From the NCBI GenBank assembly GCA_029856105.1, contig JAHQWH010000226.1, forward strand, positions 13,075 to 77,074: DNA of 64,000 bases, in the 5' to 3' direction. Positions within the stretch are counted from its first letter, which is position 1; each line of letters begins with the position of its first letter. Positions 31,129 to 41,122 of this stretch are shown here, piece after piece. A program made the translations under genes and the position numbers. The DNA comes from Promethearchaeia archaeon. GTDB lineage: Archaea > Asgardarchaeota > Lokiarchaeia > Sigyniarchaeales > SOKP01. The notes under the pieces are model-generated. The model ran no database searches. It worked only from the letters and a program-made list of their open reading frames with translations, and was not told where the DNA came from.

Positions 31129-31722
31129 ATGACATTTATTGAACCTTCTTTTGAAATCGACGAGAAAGGTAGAGTTATATGTCAATCTCATTCAGATTAT
31201 CCTCAATTAATTAAACCTGAGAAGACCACATTTGAAGACATGCAGATGGAAACCCAATTAACTTGTAAGACTTGTTTACATTACAAAAACGACGATTGTT
31301 ATTTTCCTAAGGCTGATATAGATAAAATTGAATTCGATAGAATCAACAGAACTCGCTTTGAATGCAATTTTTGCGGTAATAAAATCGATCGCATGTTAAC
31401 CATCATGCAAAAAATTTATTTAGAGGAAAAATTTCGAATGAAAATGCCCTTAATTTGCTGTAGTTGTTATGAAAGCTTAAAAATAAAGAAATTCGATGAA
31501 TATTATAACAAAAGAATTTGGGAGGCTTTACTTTTTTATACGCCAGTTTTATTTTCATTCGGTAGTCCCTATCCAACCAATTTAATATTAGCTATCGGTT
31601 CTTTTTTCGTAATTATCCTTTTAAAGTTTATTATTAAGCAATATTTCCATTATAGTCTCTTTTTGATAGATTTATTAAAAGGAAAGAGATTCTACGATAA
31701 AAATTTCCGAGATAAATCTTGA
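31129..31722 (+). CDS. Cys-rich (Zn-binding) membrane protein
   Basis: CQSH, CKTC..C, CNFC, CCSC followed by two C-terminal hydrophobic helices. Confidence 0.75.
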   Translation: MTFIEPSFEIDEKGRVICQSHSDYPQLIKPEKTTFEDMQMETQLTCKTCLHYKNDDCYFPKADIDKIEFDRINRTRFECNFCGNKIDRMLTIMQKIYLEEKFRMKMPLICCSCYESLKIKKFDEYYNKRIWEALLFYTPVLFSFGSPYPTNLILAIGSFFVIILLKFIIKQYFHYSLFLIDLLKGKRFYDKNFRDKS

Positions 31723-31756
31723 TAAAATGGGTTTATTTCCAATTACCGTTTCCGTT

Positions 31757-32866
31757 TTATGCTAAGTTTCCTGCCCATCCTCGGACTTTTTTTCTGAATT
31801 TTTCTTGTTTTAAAATTATTAGATCGAGCTGTTTTTTAGTTTTATTAGATAAATTCTCAATTTCGGGTACAAATTTGTACTTAATAAAATAATTTTTAAC
31901 TTCTTTTGATATTAATTTACTCGGTATTTTTTCAGGGTTATTTTTAAAGCTACTATAAAGCTTTTCCCAAGAATCGAGAAAATTTTCAATGTTATTTTTA
32001 GATTCGAAAATTGCTAAAGTTCCTAAATTGTTTGGTGTAGTAATCGCAACATTTGATCTATCTACAGTAAATCGATTGCCATTAAAGGAAACCGCAATTC
32101 CTCCTTCGTCTTTTAATCTTTGGAGCATATTAATATCAGTAATCGAGTCTCCAAGCGCTACCATTTCAGATATTGGAACTTGTGTAATTCTAGAGATTCT
32201 TTCAACTGCCATTTCTTTTCTTTTACCGCCCCTAACTTCAATAAAGTTCATCGCTTTAACATAATCAGATTCTTTATTATTCCAAAAAAAATTATTTAAA
32301 TCTTCTATAACTAAATCCAAATTTTTATCGTTATCTATGTAGTTTTGGAATATGATGTTAACTAAGTTTTTTAGGTCTCCTTCAATATTATAAATAGTTT
32401 TATTTGCTTCTTTAATATTTAAATCTGTGCAATAGATGTGATCAAGCGGAATATTCAAGCTTTTTGCTATGTTGTGCGCAAAATGACGATAACTCGTAGA
32501 AATAACGAATATATCCCAATTTTTGTGTAATACTTTCATTAAATCTTTACAACCGGGTAATAAACCAAGATTATTATTAGCTAGTTTAACTAATTCTTTA
32601 TCAGAAAAACAAGACATATATAATGGAGCCATTAATCTCAAAGTGTCCCCTGGTTGATAATTTGGTATGTTTAACCTTTTTTTTACGCCAGGAAAATCGA
32701 TAAGGTAATCGTCATAAATAGAAATCATCTCAAAAAATTCGCCCATATTAAATTTTTGTAAATCAAACTTGGTTTTTTTACTTAATAAGCGGCCTAATTC
32801 AGCAGCAAAGTCCAGTGTACTTATAGGACCTTCTAGATCCCAACAGCATACATTTTTTGGAGTCAA
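31757..32866 (-). CDS. HAD-superfamily hydrolase (EhaR-like)
   Basis: WDLEGP, YQPGDTLRL, ISTSY, GDSITD, AVSFNGN. Confidence 0.8.
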   Translation of the reverse strand: MTPKNVCCWDLEGPISTLDFAAELGRLLSKKTKFDLQKFNMGEFFEMISIYDDYLIDFPGVKKRLNIPNYQPGDTLRLMAPLYMSCFSDKELVKLANNNLGLLPGCKDLMKVLHKNWDIFVISTSYRHFAHNIAKSLNIPLDHIYCTDLNIKEANKTIYNIEGDLKNLVNIIFQNYIDNDKNLDLVIEDLNNFFWNNKESDYVKAMNFIEVRGGKRKEMAVERISRITQVPISEMVALGDSITDINMLQRLKDEGGIAVSFNGNRFTVDRSNVAITTPNNLGTLAIFESKNNIENFLDSWEKLYSSFKNNPEKIPSKLISKEVKNYFIKYKFVPEIENLSNKTKKQLDLIILKQEKFRKKVRGWAGNLA

Positions 32867-32987
32867 ATTAAATTGCCTATCTTAATGTGATATTATTAGT
32901 ACAAGAGAAATTAGATAAATTGAATAACAAGAGATTAAAATAACTTTTTATTAAGTACTTATTATTTTTTTATAGATATAGAGTTAG

Positions 32988-33479
32988 CTACATATTAACT
33001 TTAAAAATATCTTGAATTGATCTTTCTCTGCGAGCTTTTTCAACGATTCTACGCCAATCCGGTTCGATTTTATCAAAAGTATTTTCAGTAAGTTGTCGTA
33101 ATTTGTCGTCAGACGATTTAAGAAAATGTCCTATGTATTCTAAAGCCCTTTTATCTTTTATTTTAGCAAAACTTTCGATGATAAAAATCACTTTTAACTT
33201 ATCCAACTCTATTTCTGGTTTTTCAATTTCTTCTTTTAATTTCTGTAATATTCTTAGCGTTGCTCTTCCATCTGCTATTTGTCCTAAGGCTTCTATAATT
33301 CGATTAACAACCATCGGTTCATCTTCGATATTTAACGCTCGACACAATAAATTGACGGCCCTTCCATCTTTTAAAAACCCAAGTTGTCTTGCAGCTTCAG
33401 CTCTTTTTTCGGCTTCTTTTTCGTGAAATAATTGTTTGATTAAGTTATTATAATTAGCGTTTCTAGCATTCCAATCCAT
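32988..33479 (-). CDS. HEAT-repeat protein
   Basis: RAEAARQLG, IIEALGQIAD repeats. Confidence 0.85.
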   Translation of the reverse strand: MDWNARNANYNNLIKQLFHEKEAEKRAEAARQLGFLKDGRAVNLLCRALNIEDEPMVVNRIIEALGQIADGRATLRILQKLKEEIEKPEIELDKLKVIFIIESFAKIKDKRALEYIGHFLKSSDDKLRQLTENTFDKIEPDWRRIVEKARRERSIQDIFKVNM

Positions 33480-33580
33480 AATCCTATTTAAAATAAGAGC
33501 TACAAATATTAGAATGTAATCTTTATAAAATATAATTAAAAAAAAGGTTAGTAATAGCTTATTTTATTCCGTGTATGATG

Positions 33581-33612
33581 GAATTCATGTGATCTATTCT
33601 TTTTTGCAGTAA
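33581..33612 (-). repeat. displaced copy 3 of purD 3' end
   Basis: 31/32 nt match to 34868-34899; the frame reads LLQKRIDHMNSIIHGIK* to a stop at 33559. Confidence 0.9.
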
Positions 33613-33685
33613 TACATCAAAGAAAAAACTTATAAATTAATTATGTATAATTTTATATTGAAATTCAAAATTATTTTGTTTAAGA

Positions 33686-34330
33686 GTGATAATAATGAGT
33701 TCGCAAATAAGCTGTCCAAATTGTGGTAAAGTAAATAATATTAAAAATACATATTGCATTGAATGTGGATTTCAATTTGAAGGAAATAGTTCTATTGAGT
33801 TTCAAATTATTGAAAATTTAAAAGTAGATCTCTATGGAAGTATAATATGCATCATAATTTTTGTCGCTTTTATGATCTTAATAACTGTTGGAATTATATC
33901 TGAATATGGCCTATATGGATGTATTTCAATTGTAATAATTTGGCCACTAACAATAGGGTTTATAGTTTGGGCAAAAAGTTATTTTAAAGGGCTTTCAAAG
34001 TCTAGGAGATTTACAATTACTAAAGATTTTATTGAAATAATTGTTCCTCATAAGCCTGCCTTTCAAATTAAATGGTCTGAATTTGATTCTCTCGAAATTA
34101 CCAGACGAGACTCAATGACAACAATACCAACAGGAGGCGGAAATATTTATGGTCCTAGATTTGTATACTTTAACTTAATTTTTAAAGGAAGAAATGAAGA
34201 ACGTAGCTATGAATTTGAGTCAGGAAAAGATTTTAAAGTGAAATCGAGAAAAAAAATACAAATTGCTTTAGAGCAATATTCTAAAGATAAAGGAAAAGAT
34301 TTTACAGGATGGAAGCAGAAGGATAGTTAA
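33686..34330 (+). CDS. zinc-ribbon membrane protein (cargo between purD repeats)
   Basis: CPNCG...CIECG, two TM helices, soluble C-terminal domain. Confidence 0.8.
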   Translation: MIIMSSQISCPNCGKVNNIKNTYCIECGFQFEGNSSIEFQIIENLKVDLYGSIICIIIFVAFMILITVGIISEYGLYGCISIVIIWPLTIGFIVWAKSYFKGLSKSRRFTITKDFIEIIVPHKPAFQIKWSEFDSLEITRRDSMTTIPTGGGNIYGPRFVYFNLIFKGRNEERSYEFESGKDFKVKSRKKIQIALEQYSKDKGKDFTGWKQKDS

Positions 34331-34336
34331 AAAAGG

Positions 34337-34384
34337 TATTATTTTAGTAGAGAATTCATGTGATCTATTCTTTTTTGCAATAAC
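34337..34384 (-). repeat. displaced copy 2 of purD 3' end
   Basis: 45/48 nt match to 34853-34900; encodes LLQKRIDHMNSLLK* with only synonymous changes. Confidence 0.95.
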
Positions 34385-34585
34385 AATTCTCAGGTTTGGT
34401 TGTGACACTTATCAAGCGATTAAATATCGATTTCATGCTTTCTCCCTTAATTAGATATGACGAAAAAATTCTCCTTTGTATAAGATTTTTTAATATCTGA
34501 AGACTCTAGACTCGTCTCTTTTTTCAGTATTTTGTATAATTTTTCGTGATTAAAATTCTGGAAAAAAAAAATGATCGATTCTCCA

Positions 34586-34780
34586 TCAATTTTCTTTTTT
34601 AATTCTTTTATAATCGGCAGTACAATAATGCCAGATTGCTTCAATTAAAAAGAATAAAGCTAGATAACCAAACACAGAAGACCACCATTCCAACTTAAAA
34701 TAAGACCAAACTAAAACCAATATCATACCTGTAACCAATAAAATTGAGCCATGTATTTCTAATTTCATTATTTTATCCAT
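34586..34780 (-). CDS. small 2-TM protein, possibly a truncated or frameshifted remnant
   Basis: 64 aa, GAGG upstream; an overlapping frame continues to 34447. Confidence 0.5.
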   Translation of the reverse strand: MDKIMKLEIHGSILLVTGMILVLVWSYFKLEWWSSVFGYLALFFLIEAIWHYCTADYKRIKKEN

Positions 34781-34827
34781 TTTTAAACCTCAAGATTAAA
34801 TTTAATATTCAATATGTTCCATATAAT

Positions 34828-34849
34828 AAATATGCACATATGCATATTT
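34828..34849. repeat. inverted repeat just downstream of the purD stop
   Basis: AAATATGCA-cata-TGCATATTT, perfect 9-bp arms. Confidence 0.6.
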
Positions 34850-34854
34850 TGATA

Positions 34855-36174
34855 TTATTTCAAAAGAGAATTCATGTGATCTATTCTTTTTTGCAATAAC
34901 TTTAAGGTTCCAACATCTTTTCTATAAAATAGTTTTCCACTTATACATCCAATTCCTTGTTCAGCAATCTTTTCCGCACTTTCTAAATCGTTCGCAATGC
35001 CAACCACTCCTATAGCTCTTGATGTTGTAGTATAAATATCGTCACCTTTTCGGTAAATCGAAGCGTAATAATATTTCGCACCAATCTGTTTCAACTTATT
35101 TTTATCGATTTTTACCAGTTCATCTTTCTTAGGAGCGCCGGGATATCCTTCGGGAGCTAAATATTTACATACCGTAGCCTTGTTCTCAAATTCAATATTG
35201 GATTTTAAGTTGCCATTTATTATTCCCATACAAATATTAATGAAATCAGTTTTTAATATAGGCAACATGTTCATTGCTTCAGGATCTCCCAACCGAGAAT
35301 TAAATTCAATTAATTTAATGCCATTTACCGTTTTCATGTACCCTCCGTATAAAAATCCTTTATATTCAACACCCGTCTCTGCTTTAACTGCGGCTACAAC
35401 CTTCTTCATATCTTCGAGAGCTTCATCCACATCATTTTGAGTGATAAATGGCATTAGATGGTTCTTCATAGAGTAACTTCCCATACCTCCCGTATTCGGA
35501 CCAGTATCGTCTTCGTAAGCTCTCTTATGATCTTGAACTAAAGGAGTACCAACGACATTTTTCCCGTCAACGAATGTCTGAAGCGTGAATTCTTCTCCTT
35601 CGATTTTTTCTTCAATTAGAAATGGCGATTTTTGTTTAACTATTGATTGACAATAATCTAAAATATCTTGTTTCGAAAAAAGATGGTCACCATAAACTTT
35701 TACACCTTTTCCTCCAGTTAGACCATCTGGCTTAACTACGATGTTTTCTAAGCCTAAATCTTTAAGATATCTTTCTAAGTTCTCCATAGATTTGAAACTT
35801 TTACTTTTGATATTCGATGCGATTTTATATTTTTCCAGAAGAGCTCGAGTAAATACTTTTGATCCTTCTAATTGAGCAGCCTCAATTCCAGGTCCTACGC
35901 AGGGTATTCCATTCTTTTCTAAAGCATCGACTATTCCGACAACTAAAGGTGCCTCTGGACCAATAACAGCAAAATCTATACTATTTTCTTTAGAATAATC
36001 TATAATTTCCTTAAAGTCACTTTCAGAGTGAATCTGTATTCTTCCTTGGCTTAGGTCTTCTAATCCCGCATTTTTAGAACTCATGAACGCGTATAGAGTG
36101 GCACCATCCCTTACTAAAGTCTCTCCTATTACGTGTTCTCTTGCTCCATGTCCAATAATTAATACTTTAACCAT
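34855..36174 (-). CDS. purD: phosphoribosylamine--glycine ligase
   Basis: GHGAREH, GPEAPL, LEGSK, KPDGLTGGKGV, QDHKRAYEDDTGPNTGGMG, EFNSRLGDPE. Confidence 0.97.
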   Translation of the reverse strand: MVKVLIIGHGAREHVIGETLVRDGATLYAFMSSKNAGLEDLSQGRIQIHSESDFKEIIDYSKENSIDFAVIGPEAPLVVGIVDALEKNGIPCVGPGIEAAQLEGSKVFTRALLEKYKIASNIKSKSFKSMENLERYLKDLGLENIVVKPDGLTGGKGVKVYGDHLFSKQDILDYCQSIVKQKSPFLIEEKIEGEEFTLQTFVDGKNVVGTPLVQDHKRAYEDDTGPNTGGMGSYSMKNHLMPFITQNDVDEALEDMKKVVAAVKAETGVEYKGFLYGGYMKTVNGIKLIEFNSRLGDPEAMNMLPILKTDFINICMGIINGNLKSNIEFENKATVCKYLAPEGYPGAPKKDELVKIDKNKLKQIGAKYYYASIYRKGDDIYTTTSRAIGVVGIANDLESAEKIAEQGIGCISGKLFYRKDVGTLKLLQKRIDHMNSLLK

Positions 36175-36382
36175 TATTTACCAACAAAAATGAATAGAAT
36201 TTCTATTACGTATTAATACCTATCAAAGATAATATATAATTTAATTTGTTTTAATATTAATTTTAAAATAATTATTAATCAAAGATTATAAAGTCTGGTT
36301 AACTTAAAACTCGCTTAAAAAGTATAAACTTTAATATAGGAATTAAGTTAAATAAAATTAAAATTAGGATGATATAATCATT

Positions 36383-39019
36383 ATGATACCTAAAGGGATT
36401 CTCACTCTAATCGGTAAAAAACTAAGATGTTCAGCCATGCCTCTGGGAGGAATAGGTACGGGATCTATTGCTATTGGAGGAGATGGACTTTTAAAGCAAT
36501 GGCAAATTAATAATAATATAAATCATCGCTCATTTGTACCAAATTGCTTTTTTGCTGTAAGAACGCGCCAATTAAACGTTTCAGACGGAAAGGTAATTAC
36601 GCGCGCATTGATTAGTTCCAAACCTCATGAAGAACTTAATTTTATACCGGCTAAATCCATTGGGGACCACGTAATTAGTAAAGAAATGAAAAATTTACTT
36701 AATAAGCTACCTGAAGTTGAGAACATTCAATTTGACGGTGAATACCCCATTTCATTTTTGCAATTTAAGGATTCTCTGCTCCCTATTGAGATTAATTTGA
36801 AAGCCTTTAATCCCTTTATACCTTTAGATCCAAAAAATTCTGGATTACCAGTAATAATATTCCAATTTCAAGTTAAGAACATTTCTAAAGATAATATTGA
36901 AGTAATTGTTTTGGGAAATTTATTAAATTTTATTGGATGGGATGGACTAAAAACATTAAGGGGCGATTCTAACACTCTATTTGGGGGTAATTTAAACCTC
37001 CACAAACATGTAGGTAATTGGAATGCTATTCATATGAAATCAAAATTACTTCTTAAAACCGATAAACGATACGGTGATTTAACACTAGCTATTGATCAAC
37101 CTGATGCTATGGTATCAACTCAATGGGAAGATTTGGAAAACTTCTGGTCTCAATTTTCGCAAAAAGGAGTTTTAATGGAACCAAGTGAGGATGATATGAG
37201 TAAAATCGGAAAAACATATGCGGGAAGCCTTGCTGCGAAAAGAATCTTAAAACCCGATGAAAAAGTATTAATCACGTTTTATTTGGCTTGGAACTTTCCT
37301 AATCGCCTTATGGATTGGCGTTTGAATAGGGCTTTATTTCCCGATACGAAAACGGAATACTGGATTGGAAATCAATATAACGAGTGGTTTAGCAATTCAA
37401 TAAAAGTTATTGAATACGTGAGAGATAATTGGTCCTCTCTATTAGACAACACATTTAGGTTTCACGAAAATTTCTTTTATAGTACACTCCCTTCCGAAGT
37501 TTTGACTTCAATTTCAGCAACACTTTCAACAATTAGGACTCCAACTTGTTTTTGGACAAGAGATGGATCTTTTTACGGGTTTGAGGGATGCAACGGAGTT
37601 TCTACGGGAAATAGATCTGGAGGAAGTTGCCCTCTAAATTGTACACATGTTTGGAATTATGAATTTAGCCTAGCACATCTATTCCCTACGCTCGAAAGAA
37701 CAATGCGTGGGACGGAGTTCAAAACGCAGCATAAATTAGGTTATTTACCTCATCGTGCTGTTATTCCCTTGTACTTGCCACAATTTGAAATGATTCCTGA
37801 CCCAGGAGATGTCCCCCCTGCTATAGACGGAATGTTTGGAATGATTTTGAAGATTTATCGAGATTTTCTAATCTCTGGCGATTTAAAATTCCTAGAGGAA
37901 TCCTGGCCTAATATCCAAAAACTAATGGAGTATATACTTAAAGATTACGACAATAATTTAGATGGCACAATTTCTTGTGCTCAACCCAATACATACGATT
38001 GCTCTCTTTATGGCATTAATTCTTTTATAGGGTCGCTTTATTTAGTAGCACTTCTTGCATGTGAACAAATCGCTACAAAATTAAATCTACGAGACTGGGC
38101 TAAAAAAAGTAAAGGAATATTTGATTCTGGTCGTAAAATTCTTGAAAAAGAATGTTGGAATGGAAAATATTATATCCAAAAATATGACGCAACCAAAATA
38201 AAAGAATATCAATATGGAGTTGGTTGTTTCTCTGACCAATTAATTGGCCAATGGTGGGCATTTCACTTAGGTTTTGGATATATTCTACCCGTTGAACACG
38301 TTAATAAGGCAATAGAGTCTATAATGAAATACAATTTTAAAGAATCGTTAGAAGGAATAACTCAAACTCCACGAATATTCGCATCACCTACGGACTCTGG
38401 ATTATTAAATTGTACTTGGCCTTATGGAAATAAACCTACAGTTCCAACATATTACACAGATGAAGTTTGGACGGGACTTGAATATGAAATCGCCGCACTA
38501 TGTATTTATACAAACCGTATTGATGATGGTTTAAAGATTATTAGTTCAATTAGGAAAAGATACGATGGCTCACATAGAAATCCTTGGAACGAAGTGGAAT
38601 GTGGCGATCACTACGTAAGGGCAATGTCATCGTGGACTTTACTTCACGCGTTAACGGGAATCTCTTATTCTGTAGAACTTAAACAGTTAATACTCGCACC
38701 GAGAATAAATCTATCGGATTTTCAATCGTTTTTTATTACTAATACTGCTTGGGGCAAAGTGAATCAAAAATTAAGTGAAAGAAGATTAAATTTTACTTTA
38801 TGTGTCTCTTATGGAAACCTTAATCTTAATTCAATTCATCTGAAATCCATAGAAAAACTCAAACCTGATAAAATCAAATATTGCAAAATATTAAGCCCTG
38901 AAAAGGAGGATAAAATAATAAACGCAAAATTAATACTCAAAAATTCAAGCATAGAAATCTCCCTTTCAGAAACTATCTCTATTAAAAAAAAACAAAGATT
39001 TCTAATTGAACTAATTTGA
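36383..39019 (+). CDS. GH116 glycoside hydrolase (GBA2-like)
   Basis: MPLGGIGTG, GFEG, NCTHVWNY, NTYD, DQLIGQW, EVWTGLEY, ECGDHYVRAMSSW. Confidence 0.9.
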   Translation: MIPKGILTLIGKKLRCSAMPLGGIGTGSIAIGGDGLLKQWQINNNINHRSFVPNCFFAVRTRQLNVSDGKVITRALISSKPHEELNFIPAKSIGDHVISKEMKNLLNKLPEVENIQFDGEYPISFLQFKDSLLPIEINLKAFNPFIPLDPKNSGLPVIIFQFQVKNISKDNIEVIVLGNLLNFIGWDGLKTLRGDSNTLFGGNLNLHKHVGNWNAIHMKSKLLLKTDKRYGDLTLAIDQPDAMVSTQWEDLENFWSQFSQKGVLMEPSEDDMSKIGKTYAGSLAAKRILKPDEKVLITFYLAWNFPNRLMDWRLNRALFPDTKTEYWIGNQYNEWFSNSIKVIEYVRDNWSSLLDNTFRFHENFFYSTLPSEVLTSISATLSTIRTPTCFWTRDGSFYGFEGCNGVSTGNRSGGSCPLNCTHVWNYEFSLAHLFPTLERTMRGTEFKTQHKLGYLPHRAVIPLYLPQFEMIPDPGDVPPAIDGMFGMILKIYRDFLISGDLKFLEESWPNIQKLMEYILKDYDNNLDGTISCAQPNTYDCSLYGINSFIGSLYLVALLACEQIATKLNLRDWAKKSKGIFDSGRKILEKECWNGKYYIQKYDATKIKEYQYGVGCFSDQLIGQWWAFHLGFGYILPVEHVNKAIESIMKYNFKESLEGITQTPRIFASPTDSGLLNCTWPYGNKPTVPTYYTDEVWTGLEYEIAALCIYTNRIDDGLKIISSIRKRYDGSHRNPWNEVECGDHYVRAMSSWTLLHALTGISYSVELKQLILAPRINLSDFQSFFITNTAWGKVNQKLSERRLNFTLCVSYGNLNLNSIHLKSIEKLKPDKIKYCKILSPEKEDKIINAKLILKNSSIEISLSETISIKKKQRFLIELI

Positions 39020-39099
39020 ATTAGATATGCTGTTCACGAATGCTAAGATGTCCATAAATATAAAGATTTCCTAAGAATATCTGCAAATATCTGATTATA

Positions 39100-39675
39100 T
39101 CATAAAACTTTTTGACCACATTTTGCACAAAATTTTGCTTCATCTAACAATTCTGCTCCACAATTTGCACAATGCTTAGCTACCAAATCTTTTTCCTGTT
39201 TTAGTTTTTCTTCTACGTTCGATCCACAGTGAGGGCAAAATTTTGCGTCTTCGCTTATTTCTGTTTGACAATAAGGGCAACTTACCTTGGAAACAGGTTT
39301 ATCAACAATTGGTTTTGAAAGTAATGATATAGTTTTTGTAGGTGCTTGAGCCGTTCCAGCTTGAACTATAAATGGGAACGTGATATTATGGCCCTTCTTA
39401 GTCGTGAGTGTAGCAGTAATATCGTAAACGCCATTTTCTTTAACTAATATTGTAAATAGACGATTTTTACTATAATGCTTTGCAATTCCACCATACCATT
39501 CTGATTTAACTACTAACCTAACCTGGGGTGGCATGGTTAATCTTACTTTTACTTGGGGCATATAATTTTCAGTAAGATTTTGAACGGTGATATAGAATTC
39601 TTTACGTGTACCTAAACTTGCGTAAATCGCGTCTACGTTTCCTTTTAAACTAATGTTAAAATCTGATTCTGACAT
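39100..39675 (-). CDS. double zinc-ribbon protein with N-terminal beta-rich domain
   Basis: CPYC..AKFCPHCG and CANCG..AKFCAKCG. Confidence 0.85.
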   Translation of the reverse strand: MSESDFNISLKGNVDAIYASLGTRKEFYITVQNLTENYMPQVKVRLTMPPQVRLVVKSEWYGGIAKHYSKNRLFTILVKENGVYDITATLTTKKGHNITFPFIVQAGTAQAPTKTISLLSKPIVDKPVSKVSCPYCQTEISEDAKFCPHCGSNVEEKLKQEKDLVAKHCANCGAELLDEAKFCAKCGQKVL

Positions 39676-39931
39676 TTTTATAATCCTTTTTTTTTAATTT
39701 TGTTTAGATAATTATAATATTTATCTGTTTATGTTATTTTAAAACATTTTTAAAAATTAATATTTCTTATAAAAATTAAATAAATCTTATTATATATAAA
39801 ATTCATAGTCCAATTTTTTTGATATATATTAAATAAAAAATGATCTTTATTCGATTTTGAAACATATAAACTTTAAATAAACTTTAAAGAAAAAAAAGTT
39901 TTCAATGATTAAAATAACATTTTAACCTGTA

Positions 39932-41083
39932 TTGATAAAAATGTCAGAAGAAAAATATAAAAAAGCAGCAAATATAATTATAAAGGCAGGCTCGCTCCCT
40001 TTTCCGGTTAACGATACGTTGATTGAAATTTTAAAGCTACTCCTTACAGAGGAAGAATTAGAATTTATCAACGCTTTTAAGAGAAAAACCTCTCAAACAA
40101 TGGAGCAGCTAACAAAGAGTAGTAAGCTGTCAGAAGCTCAAATCTTGTCGTTTATTAATCCTTTAGCTAAAAAAGGATTTATTTTTAATCAACCGAGCTC
40201 TAAAGGTTTAATGGTCTATAGATTAATGCCAATAGTAATGGTCGGAGTTTTTGAATACCTTTTTATGAAAAAAATCGAATTTTCTGAAACCGAAAAGAAA
40301 ATAGCAAAAATGTTTGAAATCTACTTTGACGAAATTGCAGATTTTATTCAAGGAAATTACGATGTGGTCTTACCTGTTTTTGAGAAAATGCTTCCAATCG
40401 ATAGAACCGTACCGAATCTAAACAAAAGCGTTCAAGGAGCTGAAATAAACATCTCCATCAATGAAGCTATAGAAGTTCCTGAAGAAATAATTTTACCTAA
40501 TCAAAAAATCGAAGAAATCATTGAGAAATTTGATGTTATCGCAGTAGGGCATTGCTTTTGTAGGCACCATAGAGATCTACTAGGAAAACCATGTAAGCAA
40601 ACAGATCTTAGAGAAAATTGCTTTACTTTCGGAAAATCGGCAAAATACGTGAGTGAGCAAGGGTTTGCTCGCTTAATCTCAAAAGAAGAAGCGTTAAAAA
40701 TAATGAAAGCGTCTGAGGAGGATGGTTTAGTGCATAAAGCTTTTCATCCACATTCCGATATAAACAAAGACGAGACTAGCATATGTAATTGCTGTAACGA
40801 TTGTTGTGGGACGATCGAATGGTGGAAATTAGGGTTAGCCGCTATGATTAATTCAACCAACTATCTAGCACAGGTAAACGAAGATTTATGCGTGGGATGC
40901 GGAACATGCGTAGAATATTGCTCTGTAAATGCTATTGAATTGGACGATAATAATATCGCACGAGTTAGATCCGAGTTCTGCATTGGATGTGGAGTTTGCG
41001 CTCATTTTTGTCCAGAAGACGCAATCTCACTCTTAGAAGGTATGAGAAGAGTCTTTGTACCTCCGCCTAGGTTGAGAAAATAG
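39932..41083 (+). CDS. 4Fe-4S dicluster-binding protein
   Basis: CFCR, ICNCCNDCC, two CxxCxxCxxxC ferredoxin motifs. Confidence 0.9.
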   Translation: MIKMSEEKYKKAANIIIKAGSLPFPVNDTLIEILKLLLTEEELEFINAFKRKTSQTMEQLTKSSKLSEAQILSFINPLAKKGFIFNQPSSKGLMVYRLMPIVMVGVFEYLFMKKIEFSETEKKIAKMFEIYFDEIADFIQGNYDVVLPVFEKMLPIDRTVPNLNKSVQGAEINISINEAIEVPEEIILPNQKIEEIIEKFDVIAVGHCFCRHHRDLLGKPCKQTDLRENCFTFGKSAKYVSEQGFARLISKEEALKIMKASEEDGLVHKAFHPHSDINKDETSICNCCNDCCGTIEWWKLGLAAMINSTNYLAQVNEDLCVGCGTCVEYCSVNAIELDDNNIARVRSEFCIGCGVCAHFCPEDAISLLEGMRRVFVPPPRLRK

Positions 41084-41122
41084 ACTCTTATAACATTAAC
41101 ACCAAAAATCTTTATTTTATTA

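Noticed and set aside
34447-34644. Independent 65-aa gene
   Set aside because: Overlaps 34586-34780 with a weak start; at most a frameshifted continuation of that remnant
33581-34900. purD repeats as a CRISPR array or dif/attC sites
   Set aside because: Spacings of 516 and 771 bp are far too long, the repeat is purD coding sequence, there are no cas genes, and it lacks 11-6-11 dyad or attC structure
17343-39675. Selenocysteine read-through at TGA stops (18107, 31722, 34586, 39019, 39100)
   Set aside because: The stops fall at natural protein ends or outside redox motifs, and I recognised no SECIS-like hairpin
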